Origin: an uncultured delta proteobacterium
Lineage (GTDB): Bacteria; Desulfobacterota; RBG-13-43-22
Assembly: GCA_963711835.1 (NCBI GenBank)
Contig: CAVQFQ010000004.1
Coordinates: 431,607-495,606 of the forward strand
Length of the DNA stretch: 64,000 nt
Direction of reading: 5' to 3'
The notes below the pieces were generated by a model, which was not told the origin of the DNA, searched no databases, and worked only from the letters and a program-made list of their open reading frames with translations. The translations under genes and the position numbers were made by a program. Below are positions 9,828 through 20,785 of the stretch, piece by piece. How positions within the stretch are numbered: position 1 is the stretch's first letter; every line of letters begins with the position of its first letter.

Positions 9828-10154
9828 ATGGCTTTTACCAACGTGAAAGAAGTGTTTGACAAGATGGCCAGTGTTTTCAACCCCAGTGCCGCCGGCAGCC
9901 TCAATGCGGTATTTCAGTACGATATCACCGGCGACGGAGGAGGAAAGTGGGCGGTTGAGGTTAAGGAAGGGACTTGCAATGTTACCGAAGGGTCCCATGC
10001 CTCTCCGAGCGTAACCATGACCATGGCTGCCGATACCTGGCTGGCCATTGTCAACAAGGAATTGAATGGCATGCAGGCCTTCATGAGCGGCAAGCTGAAA
10101 GCCAGCGGCGACATCATGCTGGCCCAGCGGGTCACCCAACTCTTCCCGCTGTAA
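9828..10154 (+). CDS. SCP2 sterol/lipid-carrier domain protein
   Basis: FQYDITGDGGGKW and MQAFMSGKLKASGDIMLA signatures; AAGGAGG SD before the ATG at 9828. Confidence 0.9.
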   Translation: MAFTNVKEVFDKMASVFNPSAAGSLNAVFQYDITGDGGGKWAVEVKEGTCNVTEGSHASPSVTMTMAADTWLAIVNKELNGMQAFMSGKLKASGDIMLAQRVTQLFPL

Positions 10155-10250
10155 TAACTAACCTGGAAGCTGACTGGAGTTAATCCAACGGGGGGATGGT
10201 GCCTCAAAGGACATTCCTGCTTCCCTGCCTATCGGTTTATTAGGTTACCT

Positions 10251-10279
10251 GTAGGGGCGGGCTTCAGGCCCGCCCCTGC
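10251..10279. repeat. GTAG-type REP-like palindrome
   Basis: GTAGGGGCGGGC-TTCAG-GCCCGCCCCTGC hairpin with the GTAG foot typical of RAYT-associated REPs. Confidence 0.6.
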
Positions 10280-10335
10280 GATCCGACCGGGGCCAGTCGG
10301 GCTGGGGAAGAAACAGGCTAAATGCTTTAATCTTT

Positions 10336-10667
10336 GGGATAGTCCCAAAGTTACGTGATTATCAAACTGAAGGGGTAGCCTCTTAAGATAGTAAATCACC
10401 CCAAAGAGCTTCAGGGGTCTTGATTTCAAGGATCGTCCGCCAAAACGCCGGCAGCTTGAACCCGAGCAGGAAGTTTATAAGTGGCGTTAGAAACAGGCCA
10501 ACACCAAAGCGAGTTATCATCTTGGGTGAATGCCCGGCTCCTAGCCAACTTAGAAATTAGGGCCGGGTTGGGGCTATGGACATCCTTTCGGACGACCTTG
10601 AAATCAAGACCCCTGAAGCTCTCGACGAATGGATAGCTTAAAAATCACGTAACCTTGGGACAAACTC
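10336..10667. mobile_element. MITE, family B, copy 1 (IS256-like ends)
   Basis: Imperfect TIRs GGGATAGTCCCAAAGTTACGTGATT / AATCACGTAACCTTGGGACAAACTC; perfect 8-bp flanking direct repeat TAATCTTT (10328-10335, 10668-10675); long internal stem GAGCTTCAGGGGTCTTGATTTCAAGG / CCTTGAAATCAAGACCCCTGAAGCTC. Confidence 0.85.
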
Positions 10668-10691
10668 TAATCTTTAAATGGTAAGGGTGCT

Positions 10692-11831
10692 ATGTCATTT
10701 CAGGAATATTTCGGCGAAACCCACAACCTGGTCCGGCAGACGGTCCGGAAGTTTGTTGAAAGGGAAATCAAGCCTTTCGTAAATCAGTGGGAGGAGAAGG
10801 GCGAATTTCCCCGAGAACTTTACGGCAAGGCCGGAGAGACCGGGATTTTGGGAATCGGCTACCCGGAAGGTTACGGCGGCAGCGGCGGCGATATTTTTAT
10901 TAAAGTAGCCGCCGCTGAAGAAATCCTCCGCTGCGGCTCAGGCGGAGTGGCCGCGGGGTTGGGCTCCCTGGACATTGGCCTGCCGCCGATCGTGAAGTTC
11001 GGCCAACCTTCGCTGAAGGAGCGTCTCATCCCGCCCGTCCTGAGAGGTGATAAAATTTGCGCCCTGGCCATTACCGAACCCGACGCTGGCTCTGATGTGG
11101 GCGGCATAAAGACCCGGGCCGTCCGCCAGGGCGATCACTACCGGGTCAACGGCCGCAAGACCTTTATTACCAGCGGCGGCCGGGCTGATGTCCTGACCTG
11201 CGCTGTTCGCACCGGCGAACCGGGCCCTCACGGGGTGAGCCTGCTGGTTATCGAAAAAGAAACACCGGGCTTTTCCGTGGCTACTGTGTTCAAAAAAATG
11301 GGCTGGTGGGCCTCGGATACAGCCGAACTGGTTTTTGAAGATTGCCTGGTTCCGGCTGAAAATTTACTGGGTGAAGAGAACCAGGGATTCTATGGGATCA
11401 TGGCCAATTTTCAGAACGAACGGCTGCAACTGGCCCTGATGGCCAACATGACCGCTCAACTGGCCTATGAAGAATCCCTGAAATACGTGAAACAGCGGGA
11501 GGCCTTCGGCAGGCGTCTGGAGGGCTTTCAGGTCACCCGTCACAAACTGGCCGACATGGCCACCTTGATTGAAGCCAGCCGGGAATTTACCTATCGGATT
11601 GCAGCCAAGATGGACGCTGGTCTCAATGTCATTAAAGAGATCTCCATGGCCAAGAATTTTTCCTGCCTGGTCAGCGACCGGGTTACTTATGATGCCGTGC
11701 AGCTTCACGGCGGCTACGGCTATATGCGGGAATATCTGGTGGAAAGGCTTTACCGGGACAACCGCATCCTTTCCATCGGAGGGGGCACCCAGGAAATCAT
11801 GAAGGAGATCATTTCAAAAATGATTCTTTAG
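10692..11831 (+). CDS. Acyl-CoA dehydrogenase (LCAD/AtuD-like)
   Basis: AITEPDAGSD, NFQNERL (helix-G Glu), HGGYGYMREY and IGGGTQEIM. Confidence 0.93.
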   Translation: MSFQEYFGETHNLVRQTVRKFVEREIKPFVNQWEEKGEFPRELYGKAGETGILGIGYPEGYGGSGGDIFIKVAAAEEILRCGSGGVAAGLGSLDIGLPPIVKFGQPSLKERLIPPVLRGDKICALAITEPDAGSDVGGIKTRAVRQGDHYRVNGRKTFITSGGRADVLTCAVRTGEPGPHGVSLLVIEKETPGFSVATVFKKMGWWASDTAELVFEDCLVPAENLLGEENQGFYGIMANFQNERLQLALMANMTAQLAYEESLKYVKQREAFGRRLEGFQVTRHKLADMATLIEASREFTYRIAAKMDAGLNVIKEISMAKNFSCLVSDRVTYDAVQLHGGYGYMREYLVERLYRDNRILSIGGGTQEIMKEIISKMIL

Positions 11832-11837
11832 TCGTAA

Positions 11838-11910
11838 TGTTCAGGGTCCAGGGTACAAGGGAAACGATATTTTTAATCCCTTGCGCCCTGTACCGTGCGC
11901 CTTGCGCCAA
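11838..11910. repeat. Inverted array of degenerate 7-mer repeats
   Basis: CAGGGTC-CAGGGTA-CAAGGG ... CCCTTGC-GCCCTGT-ACCGTGC-GCCTTGC right after the ACAD stop. Confidence 0.6.
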
Positions 11911-11993
11911 TCCGAAAACAGGTTTAGGGTCGGAGCGTTCCAGTCCTTAACCTGTAGCGAGAAATCCATTATTAAACTTGTAAGGAGGATCCC

Positions 11994-14414
11994 ATGAGTT
12001 ATCAAATCAAACGCGCCATGGTCATCGGTTCCGGGGTCATGGGCGGCGGGATTGCCGGCCATCTGGCCAACGCCGGTATCCCGGTTTACCTGGTGGACAT
12101 TGTGCCCCGCAAGCTGACCCCTGCGGAAGAAGCCAAAGGCCTCACGCTGGAGAGTCCGGCTGTGCGAAACCGGATCGTCAATCAGGGGATGGACTATTTA
12201 AAAAAATCCAAACCCCCCGGGTTGTTCAGCCCCACCCGTCTAGAACTGATCAGCGCCGGGAACATGGAGGACCAGTGGGACTGGATTAAAGAGGCCGACT
12301 GGATTATCGAGGTGGTCGTGGAAAACCTGGAGATTAAGCATCAGGTCATGGCCAGGATTGAGGAAACCCGCCGTCCGGGAAGCATTGTTTCCAGCAATAC
12401 CTCCGGCCTGCCTATCGGCCGGATTGCCGAAGGCCGGTCCGATGAGTTTAAGGCCCATTTCCTGGGAACCCACTTCTTTAACCCGGCCCGTTACCTGAAA
12501 TTGCTGGAAATCATCCCCACGCCGGATACGGATCCCGAGCTGGTCAAATTCATGATGAAATTCGGGGAACGCCGTTTGGGCAAGACCATGGTCTTGTGCA
12601 AAGACACTCCCAACTTCATCGCCAACCGGGTAGCCTCCATTACCGGGACCTCGGGATTGAACTACATCCTGCAGAACGACTACACCATCGAAGAAGTCGA
12701 TGCCGTAACCGGCCCCCTGATCGGCCATCCCAAAACCGCTTCCTTCCGCCTCCAGGATCTGGTGGGTCTGGATGTAAGCAGCCACGTAGCCAATAATCTT
12801 TATCCGGCCATACCCGATGATCCTTTCCGGGAAGCCATTGTTGGTCCGGTCAAAGACCTGATCTCCAACATGGTGGGAAAAGGCTGGCTGGGGAACAAGG
12901 CCGGCCAGGGCTTTTATAAAAAAATTAAAACGCCTAACGGCAAGAAGGCCTATCAGGTCCTGGATCTCAAAACCTTGGCCTACCGGGATGAACAGAAACC
13001 ATCCCTGCCCCTGGTCAAGCAGGCCAAGGCAATCGAGTCCCTGCCGGACCGCCTTCGATTCATCATTAAGCAGGATGACAGGATGGCCAGGCTGATCTGG
13101 AACAATACCGCTCTGGCCCTGGCGTACTGTGCCTACCTGATCCCGGAAATCAGCGACTCTTTTTTTGCGGTGGATGACGCCGTCAAGTCGGGCTTCTTTC
13201 ATGAGATGGGCCCTTTTGAAATCTGGGACGCCCTGGGGGTAAAGGAAACGGCCGCCCGCATGGAAGCCGACGGCTTTACCGTCGCAGCCTGGGTAAAGGA
13301 AATGATCCAGGCCGGCGGAGAAAGCTTTTATCAGAAAGAAGGGATTAAAAAATTATATTGGGATCAGAACAGACGGGCCTACCGGCCTATGCCGGTGGAT
13401 CCCAATCTCATCATCCTGGCCGATCGCAAGGAAGAGGTCGGGGTGGTGGCCAAGAACTTCAGCGCTTCCCTGATTGATTTGGGTGACGGGGTGCTCGGCC
13501 TGGAATTCCATTCCAAGATGAACGCCCTGGATCCCGATATCTTTGCCATGGGTTACACGGCCCTGGAGGAGTTGGAAAAGGACGCCTATGTCGGGCTGGT
13601 CATCGGCAACCAGGCCCAGAATTTCTCGGTCGGCGCCAATGTCTTTAACGTAGTTATGGCGGCCGAGAACAAGATGTGGGATGAAATAGAAAAAGGCACC
13701 AAAAGTCTCCAGGACCTGATGATGGGCTTCCGCTACTGTCCCAAACCCGTGGTGGCCGCCCCGTACGGTATGGCCCTGGGCGGCGGAGCCGAGGTCTGTC
13801 TGGCCGCCGACCGCATCTGCGCCGCAGCCGAGTCCTATATCGGCTTGGTCGAGGTCGGCGTCGGCCTGCTGCCGGCCGGCGGCGGCTGCCGGGAGCTCTT
13901 GAAACGAGTGGTCAGCCCGCCCATGAAGATCGCCGATTCGGATCCCCTGCCCTTTTTGGGCAAGGTCTTTGAAAACATCGCCATGGCCAAGGTCAGCGCC
14001 AGCGCCCTGCAGGCCCGGGAGATGGGCTTTCTGACCGAGGCCGACCCGATTGTCATGAAGGCCGAACACATCCTGGCTGAGGCCAAACGGATGGTGTTGG
14101 AAATGGCTGCAGCAGGGTATGCCCCACCGGCGCGGACCAAGTCCGTCTACGCACTGGGGAAACGCGGCATAGCCGCCCTGGGCATAATGGTTAAGACCAT
14201 GCGCTGGGGGGACTATATTTCCGATTACGACATGTTCATCGCCAATAAGATCGCTTATGTCCTGTCAGGCGGCCCGCTCAGCGCCCCCCAGTGGGTGGAT
14301 GAACAGGTTATTCTGGACCTGGAGCGCGAGGCCTTTCTCTCCCTTTGCGGGCAGGAAAAAACCATTGAACGCATTAAACATCTGCTGATGACCGGCAAGC
14401 CCTTGCGGAATTAA
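11994..14414 (+). CDS. fadN: 3-hydroxyacyl-CoA dehydrogenase / enoyl-CoA hydratase fusion (FadN type)
   Basis: GSGVMGGGIA, SSNTSGL, GTHFFNP, KDTPNFIANR, C-terminal crotonase domain and terminal TGKPLRN. Confidence 0.92.
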   Translation: MSYQIKRAMVIGSGVMGGGIAGHLANAGIPVYLVDIVPRKLTPAEEAKGLTLESPAVRNRIVNQGMDYLKKSKPPGLFSPTRLELISAGNMEDQWDWIKEADWIIEVVVENLEIKHQVMARIEETRRPGSIVSSNTSGLPIGRIAEGRSDEFKAHFLGTHFFNPARYLKLLEIIPTPDTDPELVKFMMKFGERRLGKTMVLCKDTPNFIANRVASITGTSGLNYILQNDYTIEEVDAVTGPLIGHPKTASFRLQDLVGLDVSSHVANNLYPAIPDDPFREAIVGPVKDLISNMVGKGWLGNKAGQGFYKKIKTPNGKKAYQVLDLKTLAYRDEQKPSLPLVKQAKAIESLPDRLRFIIKQDDRMARLIWNNTALALAYCAYLIPEISDSFFAVDDAVKSGFFHEMGPFEIWDALGVKETAARMEADGFTVAAWVKEMIQAGGESFYQKEGIKKLYWDQNRRAYRPMPVDPNLIILADRKEEVGVVAKNFSASLIDLGDGVLGLEFHSKMNALDPDIFAMGYTALEELEKDAYVGLVIGNQAQNFSVGANVFNVVMAAENKMWDEIEKGTKSLQDLMMGFRYCPKPVVAAPYGMALGGGAEVCLAADRICAAAESYIGLVEVGVGLLPAGGGCRELLKRVVSPPMKIADSDPLPFLGKVFENIAMAKVSASALQAREMGFLTEADPIVMKAEHILAEAKRMVLEMAAAGYAPPARTKSVYALGKRGIAALGIMVKTMRWGDYISDYDMFIANKIAYVLSGGPLSAPQWVDEQVILDLEREAFLSLCGQEKTIERIKHLLMTGKPLRN

Positions 14415-14423
14415 GGAGGAATT

Positions 14424-15605
14424 ATGATGAAAGAAGTCTGGATTGTCTCAGCGGCACGGACCGCTGTGGGACGGGCCAAACGGGGAACCCTGGTAAACGA
14501 GCGCCCCGATGATATGGCCGCCGTCTGTCTAAATGAAGTCATTAAACGGGCCCCCGGGGTAGAGAAGGGCGAGGTCGATGATGTGGTCCTGGGCTGCGCC
14601 TTTCCCGAACACACCCAGGGCATGAATATGGGCCGCCTGGCCCTGTTGCGGGCCGGGTTTCCTTATACGGTTCCGGGTCAAACCATCAACCGTTTCTGCT
14701 CCTCCGGGCTGCAGGCCATCGCCATCGGCGCCCAGCAGATCCTGACCGGTATGTGCGAAGTGGTCATTGCCGGGGGCGCGGAGTCCATGAGCCAGGTGCC
14801 TATGCCGGGCCTCTTTTTTTCGCCGAACCCGACGGCAGTAGCCGAGTTCCCCGAACTCTATATGGGTATGGGTCTGACGGCCGAAGAGGTGGCCAAGAAA
14901 TACAACGTCAGCCGTCAGGACCAGGATGCCTTCGGTCTGCGCAGCAATGAAAAGGCCCTGGCCGCCATCAAGGCCGGAAAATTCAAGGACGAGGTCGTTC
15001 CCCTGGAGGTCAAAACCGTCCAGGTGGGCGACGACGGCAAGATAAAAGAGAAAGTCAAGGTCTTTGCCGTGGATGAAGGCCCCCGGGCCACTACCCTGGA
15101 ACAGATGGCCTCCCTCAAACCGGCCTTTATGAAAAACGGCACGGTCACAGCCGGCAATTCTTCCCAGATGAGCGATGCCGCTGCCGCCGTCTTAATGATG
15201 ACGGCTGAAAAAGCCAAGGCCAAGGGTCTGAAGCCCCTGGCCCGTTATGTGGGTTTTGCCGTGGCCGGGGTACCGCCGGAAATCATGGGTGTGGGACCCA
15301 TGTACGCTATTCCCCAGGTGATGAAGGTCACCGGCCTGAAGCTGGATCAGATCGATTTGTTTGAAATCAATGAGGCCTTTGCCTCCCAGGCCCTGGCCAG
15401 CGTCCGTGAATTGGGCATCGACCCTGACAAGGTCAACGTCAACGGCGGCGCCATTGCCCTGGGTCATCCCCTGGGAGCCACCGGGGCCAAGCTGACCGTC
15501 CAAATCCTTTCTGAGATGAAACGCCGAGGATCCAAATACGGCGTGGTCTCCATGTGTATCGGCGGCGGTATGGGCGCAGCCGGGATTTTTGAAAATCTGC
15601 AATAA
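14424..15605 (+). CDS. fadA: Acetyl-CoA C-acyltransferase (thiolase)
   Basis: [22 protein letters not shown] and CIGGGMG. Confidence 0.95.
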   Translation: MMKEVWIVSAARTAVGRAKRGTLVNERPDDMAAVCLNEVIKRAPGVEKGEVDDVVLGCAFPEHTQGMNMGRLALLRAGFPYTVPGQTINRFCSSGLQAIAIGAQQILTGMCEVVIAGGAESMSQVPMPGLFFSPNPTAVAEFPELYMGMGLTAEEVAKKYNVSRQDQDAFGLRSNEKALAAIKAGKFKDEVVPLEVKTVQVGDDGKIKEKVKVFAVDEGPRATTLEQMASLKPAFMKNGTVTAGNSSQMSDAAAAVLMMTAEKAKAKGLKPLARYVGFAVAGVPPEIMGVGPMYAIPQVMKVTGLKLDQIDLFEINEAFASQALASVRELGIDPDKVNVNGGAIALGHPLGATGAKLTVQILSEMKRRGSKYGVVSMCIGGGMGAAGIFENLQ

Positions 15606-15611
15606 ATAAAC

Positions 15612-15665
15612 AGCTCGAGGGGCAAGGTGCAGGACGCCAGTCCTGCACCTTGCCCCTTGAGCCTT
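15612..15665 (+). terminator. Long GC-rich hairpin built from 7-mer units (terminator or mRNA stabiliser)
   Basis: GCTCGAGGGGCAAGGTGCAGG-ACGCCAGT-CCTGCACCTTGCCCCTTGAGC after the thiolase stop; no clean U-tract. Confidence 0.5.
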
Positions 15666-15742
15666 ACACCTTTAGTTTCACACCTTAATTTTTAGTCCCA
15701 CATCAATACCCTGCACTTCAGGCCTTACGACTTTAGGAGGAA

Positions 15743-17539
15743 ATGATGGAAACCATCTCCACGGTATTCCTCAGGCAGGTCATGAAATACCAAACCCGTC
15801 CTGCTTTGATGGTTAAAAAGGAAGGGACCTATCAGCCCCTTTCCTGGCAGGATTGGTATGAACAGGTGGCCTCATTCGGCCTGGGACTTCATGACTTGGA
15901 GATCGGCCCCGGAGATGCCGTGGCCATCCTCTGCAACAACCGCCCCGAGTGGATGACCGCCGATCTGGCCATCTTAGGTCTGGGGGCTATGACCATTCCC
16001 ATCTATGCCACCAACACCGCTGATCAGGCGGCCTTTATCCTTCAAGACGCCCGATGCAAGGCTGTCATTGTAGAAAACCCCGATCAGTGGCAAAAAATTG
16101 CCCTGGTCAAGAACCGACTGACTGATTTGAACACGGTCATCCAAATGGACGGGCTCCCTCATTCCACCTCAAACCGTTTGGCCTTTTTCGATGTTCTGGC
16201 CAAAGGCCTGGGCCTGCTGAAAACGGATCCGGGCCTTTTCCCCAGGCTTTCTTCTCAGGCTCTCCCGGAAGATATCTGTACCATTGTCTATACTTCAGGA
16301 ACCACCGGGCCTCCCAAAGGGGCCATGCTCAGCCATGATAATATCCTCTCCGTAATCCGGATGCTCGGCCGGGTTGTTCCGGCCACCGACCGGGACAGCT
16401 ACGTATCCTTTCTGCCTCTCTCCCATGTCTTTGAAAGGATCGGAGGCTTTTTCAACGGCATCTATGTCGGGGTAACCATTTTCCTTGCCGAAAGCATGGA
16501 TACCCTGGCCCGGAATATCCAGGAGGCTAAGCCCACCATTCTCATGACCGTCCCTCGACTGCTGGAAAAGGTCTATGCCACGATTCAGAATCGCGTCAAG
16601 GAGGAGTCCTCCACCAAGCAGGCAATTTTTAACTGGTCCCAAAAAATAGGCCGGGAAAAGGGTCGCCGGCAGATGTTGAATCAAGCCGTGCCCTTCAGCC
16701 TGCGCTGGAAACATGCCCTGGCCTATCAACTGGTTTTTAGAAAATTGAAACAGGCTTTAGGTGGAAGGATTCGGTTCCTGGTTTCCGCCGGTGCCCCCAT
16801 CTCCCAAGAAATCGTCGAGTTTTTCAGCGCCGCTGGTCTTTACGTTATGGAAGGGTACGGGGCCACGGAAACCTCGGCTCCGGTCTCGGTCAATGTCCTG
16901 GATGATTATCGTTTCGGAACAGTCGGCAAACCGCTGCCCGGGGTGGAAATTCGGATTGATCCCCTAAACGGCGAGATCCTGGTTAAGGGCGGGAATATCT
17001 TTAAGGGTTACACCAACCTCCCGGGAGGAAACGGCCCGGTCCTTCACCGAAGACGGGTTTTTCCGCACCGGCGATGTAGGGCACCTGGATAAAGACGGGT
17101 TTCTGGTTATTACCGACCGCATTAAAGATTTGATCATTACCTCCGGCGGCAAAAATGTAGCCCCCCAGAATATCGAGAACCTTTTCAAAGGCGATCCCCT
17201 TTTCAGCCAGGTGGTCATTATCGGGGAACGGCGGAAATTCTGGCCGCCCTTCTCAACCTTGATCCGGATGAGGTCTCGCGAAAGGGACGGGCCCTTGGCC
17301 TGATAGATCCGGACTTAAATGCTCTGATGGACGACCCGCGTATCCTGGACTGGGTTCGGGATAAGGTACGGGAGAAAAATAAGCGCCTGGCCCGATATGA
17401 ACAGGTAAAAGAATTCCGGATCCTCAAAACCCCCTTCAGCCAGGAGGGCGGCGAACTGACCCCGACCCTGAAACTCCGCCGCAAGGTGATCATGGAGAAA
17501 TACAGGGAACTCATCGAATCCATGTATCCTCCTGATTAG
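15743..17539 (+). CDS. Long-chain acyl-CoA synthetase (frameshifted near 17.02 and 17.24 kb)
   Basis: YTSGTTGPPKG and EGYGATE; FRTGDVG..ITDRIKD..GGKNVAP continues in another frame and ELTPTLKLRR in a third; probably sequencing indels. Confidence 0.85.
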
Positions 17540-17547
17540 GAAATCAA

Positions 17548-18120
17548 TTACGACATCCGGAAAGGGGCTTGCCCTTGACAGGCCAGGCAGATCGGCCCGT
17601 CAGCCGCCGGGTACGATTCCCGACATTGGGCACAGACGGCAAAGGCCCCCCGGCGGCGGACGGCGATAAAATCCGCATCAAGCTTTACGGGGCGAAAACT
17701 GCACAGCGTTGATCCCGCTTCCAAAATCTGTTCATTGAGCGATTGGAGGTTTTGTTGGGCCTTGGGTTTCAGTTTGAAAAACCAGTCCTTGATCTCCGGC
17801 CAGGCTTCCAGCTTAAGAGGATCAACGAATACCCGCACCCCTTCTCCGCCTGGTTTTCGGTAAAGAATCAGGGCATATCGGCCCAGATTCAGGACCCGGA
17901 GCCAGCCGTTTCCCACCGTGCAGGGCGTCAATAACTGAATGGCATCGGGAAGACACTTGGGGGTCTCGCTCAGGGCGTCATAGAACTCCCCGGGAGGCAG
18001 ATGCTTCAGGGCCAGATCCACCATGAAGCCGCCGAGCACCATACCCGGGGCCGGGTGGCCGTGAAAAGCCTCTACCTTTTGAAGGTAATCCTCAAGAGCG
18101 ATGGCGCCGACCCTGGTCAT
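17548..18120 (-). CDS. FmdE family protein with C-terminal zinc finger
   Basis: FHGHPAPGMVLG, CLPDAIQLLTPCTVGNG and CAQCRE...CLACQG; ATG overlaps the upstream stop (ATGA). Confidence 0.88.
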   Translation of the reverse strand: MTRVGAIALEDYLQKVEAFHGHPAPGMVLGGFMVDLALKHLPPGEFYDALSETPKCLPDAIQLLTPCTVGNGWLRVLNLGRYALILYRKPGGEGVRVFVDPLKLEAWPEIKDWFFKLKPKAQQNLQSLNEQILEAGSTLCSFRPVKLDADFIAVRRRGAFAVCAQCRESYPAADGPICLACQGQAPFRMS

Positions 18121-20360
18121 GGGGCCGCTTCGATCCGGCAGCACACATAGCGGTGCATGGGCGTTCCCGCGATCGGATCCCGGTGCGTATTTTTAGTCAG
18201 CCGGTTCACGTTGATCCCGTAGATCTTCCCCGGATACTCCAACCCGAACCCATGGGGGATGATAACCGTTCCCGGCCGGGAAGACTCGGCCGTCTCCAGT
18301 TCTATTTCTTCGCTTCCGGCCTCGGTGATGACCCGGACCTTCTGGCCGTCCTTAAAACCCAGCCTGGCGGCATCCCCCGGGTGCATGGCCAGGGTACAGG
18401 CCCGCCGTTCTTTGTTCCAGGCCGGATCACGCATCAAGGTGTTGGCGTTCATATCCATGTGCCGGCCGGCCATCAGGATAAAGGGAAAGTCCTGGTTTCC
18501 TCCCTCCAGGGAGGCCGCCTCGGATTGGGGCTCGATGGATTGAACCCATTCGGCCATTTCGGGGATGTGGATATGGATCCGTTTATCCTCCGTGGATAGG
18601 GCTTCCAGATTATTTTCAGTATCCGATCGTCCGATCCAGAGCCCTTCGGGATGATCCAGTATGGCCTGAAAAATCTGCTCCCCCATAAGAGGTCCGGGGG
18701 TGAACCCGGCCCGGGCGGCGTTCTCCTGAAAACCCTTCGGGGTTGTCTGGAGCAGACCCCAGAGGGCCGCCAGGTTGGCCGATCCCATTTCCTTCCCTAA
18801 GGTTTTGGCCAGGACAAAAGGCATGGCCTTCATGGCCTCTGGGTGTTCCTGGATAAATTGCATCAGGGCCAAACCGTATCCCAGCCGGTCTCCTTTGACG
18901 GCTTCGCGAAGGTTTGGGGGAATCTCGGGGATTAATCCCAGTCGATCAGCCAGAAGAACCATGATCTGGCCTACCTCCAGACGCTCCCCTTCAGGAGTCA
19001 GGACGGGCCGCCGCATCTGGAAATAGATCTCCGGATAGTTCCACGCAAAGAAGGTGCCGTCCCAGGATTCATAGCCGGATCGGGCCGGCAGGACATAATG
19101 AGAAAGGACTGCGGTCTCGGTCATGGCCAGTTCGCAGGTCACCAGCAGATCCAGGCTGCGGAAAGCCTGCTCATAGGCGGTGGTATCCGCATAGGAGCGA
19201 AGCGGATTGGATCCGGAGCATAAGACAGCCCGGAGTCTTTCCGGGTGGTCGCTCATGATCTCTTCGGGCATGACATTGGGAGGAAAGGTACCCATGATAG
19301 CCGGGAAATCGGTGGCTACGGTTCGCCAGGTCCGGGGATCCCGTTCATCGGAATGGGAGCCGATGGGCATGAGATGACCGGGGATGACATTCCCCCCCGG
19401 GACGCCGATGCGCCCGCAAATCGCCAGGAGAATGACGGCCAGGTAAGTGGTGGCCGTGCTGTGCCGATTCATATAAACCCCCAGATCCGGGTGCAGGGCT
19501 GATTTGCGACCGGCAACCAATTGACAGACCCGGCGGACTTGGTCATAGTTCAGTTCGCAGACCTTCACGGCTGCCCGGGCATCAAAGCCCGAAAACCAGG
19601 GCAGCACCTCTTCGAACCCCTTTACCTGTTGCGACAAATAATCCGCGTCCTGCCACCCTTCCTGAAGGATGATGGCGATCATGGCCCGGGTAAGCAGGGC
19701 ATCGGTCCCCGGTTTTATCGGCAGGTGAATATCCGCAATAGCCGCCGTCTCCGTGCGTCTGGGATCAATAACCACCAAGACCTTATCCGGGTCTTTGGCG
19801 AATTTCGTCAGAAAACGACGGGCCTGGGGCATCTGATGACTCATCATGCCGTTCCAGCCGACAGCCAGGAGGACCTCGGTGTTGTCGTGATCGGGGATGC
19901 CGAAGAGGTATTGGCGCCCCACGGCCCGGCCCCAGGCCCAGAAATTGCCGGTCAGTTCCTGGGCCAGGGCGCTGTAGTGATAGTGTGAGCCCAGGCCGCG
20001 CAGCAGCCGGACCCCGAAGGCCGCTTCAAAGTGACAACCCTGGCCCCCGCCTCCCATGTAGGCCAAGGACCGAGGACCATGGGCCGACACGATCGCCCGA
20101 AGCTTCTCGGCGATTTCAGCCAGGGCCTGCTCCCAGGAAATGCGCTCAAAATTACCTCCCACTCGCTTCAGCGGATGATCGAGCCGCTGGGCATGATGCT
20201 GATGGAAGGCTATGTTGAGGCCTTTGCGGCAGACATAGCCTTGGCTGCGGGGGTTGTCCTGGTCCGGCCGCACCTTGACCAGGCGGTTTTCTTGAACCTG
20301 AACCTCGAGGCCGCAGTTCTGAGCGCAGAGCACACAGGAGGTTTTATGCCACTCCATCAT
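18117..20360 (-). CDS. Molybdopterin (bis-MGD) oxidoreductase, cytoplasmic, substrate unknown
   Basis: N-terminal CVLCAQNC...CRKG Fe-S motif, VVIDPRRTETA, IKPGTD, MTETAVLSHYVLP and a C-terminal molybdopterin dinucleotide-binding domain; no Tat signal. Confidence 0.9.
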   Translation of the reverse strand: MMEWHKTSCVLCAQNCGLEVQVQENRLVKVRPDQDNPRSQGYVCRKGLNIAFHQHHAQRLDHPLKRVGGNFERISWEQALAEIAEKLRAIVSAHGPRSLAYMGGGGQGCHFEAAFGVRLLRGLGSHYHYSALAQELTGNFWAWGRAVGRQYLFGIPDHDNTEVLLAVGWNGMMSHQMPQARRFLTKFAKDPDKVLVVIDPRRTETAAIADIHLPIKPGTDALLTRAMIAIILQEGWQDADYLSQQVKGFEEVLPWFSGFDARAAVKVCELNYDQVRRVCQLVAGRKSALHPDLGVYMNRHSTATTYLAVILLAICGRIGVPGGNVIPGHLMPIGSHSDERDPRTWRTVATDFPAIMGTFPPNVMPEEIMSDHPERLRAVLCSGSNPLRSYADTTAYEQAFRSLDLLVTCELAMTETAVLSHYVLPARSGYESWDGTFFAWNYPEIYFQMRRPVLTPEGERLEVGQIMVLLADRLGLIPEIPPNLREAVKGDRLGYGLALMQFIQEHPEAMKAMPFVLAKTLGKEMGSANLAALWGLLQTTPKGFQENAARAGFTPGPLMGEQIFQAILDHPEGLWIGRSDTENNLEALSTEDKRIHIHIPEMAEWVQSIEPQSEAASLEGGNQDFPFILMAGRHMDMNANTLMRDPAWNKERRACTLAMHPGDAARLGFKDGQKVRVITEAGSEEIELETAESSRPGTVIIPHGFGLEYPGKIYGINVNRLTKNTHRDPIAGTPMHRYVCCRIEAAP

Positions 20361-20388
20361 TGATCCTCTCTTTCCGGGCAAACCCGTC

Positions 20389-20452
20389 GGTATCGTTCAA
20401 AAGGTTGGGCTTTATCTTTTTGATAGCCGATGAAAGGGGACCGGGGGTCCCC
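20389..20452. mobile_element. Truncated left end of MITE family C
   Basis: GGTATCGTTCAAAAG...AAGGGGACCGG colinear with 23347-23405. Confidence 0.6.
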
Positions 20453-20583
20453 TTGTCCTTTTCGGAACCCAATGAAAAAAGTATAGGACAGGGAAGTAAC
20501 GAGGGTCAAGGAGAAAACAGGGAAAGGAGAGATCTCCTGTCTAAGAAGAGATTAATGCTAAGCGGGCAAGGCGGCTGTTCAGA

Positions 20584-20715
20584 TTAATTCCAGTAATAGA
20601 CCAGTCTTCGGATGAGCTGATGTCTTTCCTTGACCGGGAGATCCCAATAGAGAGCACTCTCCATCAGGATAGTGACAATTTCTTCAATAATTTTTTCTAC
20701 GGTAAGTTGTTTCAT
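20584..20715 (-). CDS. Small 43-aa hypothetical protein (below the ORF-track cut-off)
   Basis: ATG at 20715 to TAA at 20584: MKQLTVEKIIEEIVTILMESALYWDLPVKERHQLIRRLVYYWN; G-rich SD-like sequence and a sigma54 motif upstream. Confidence 0.55.
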   Translation of the reverse strand: MKQLTVEKIIEEIVTILMESALYWDLPVKERHQLIRRLVYYWN

Positions 20716-20769
20716 AGACCCCATCCCCATGACTAAAAGTTTGAAGGAAATGTTTATGAACCATAATTA

Positions 20770-20785
20770 TGCAAATAGCGTTCCT
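20770..20785 (-). promoter_or_regulatory. sigma54 (-24/-12) promoter
   Basis: Minus strand aGGaacgctattTGCa (GG-N10-GC); IHF-like TATCAGCAAGTTT further upstream (about 20823-20835). Confidence 0.6.

Noticed and set aside
20376-20410. GGCAAACCCGTCG resembling the start of a c-di-GMP-I riboswitch
   Set aside because: It is on the opposite strand to the adjacent gene and lacks the GAAA/CGCAAAGC continuation; what follows is the MITE C end.
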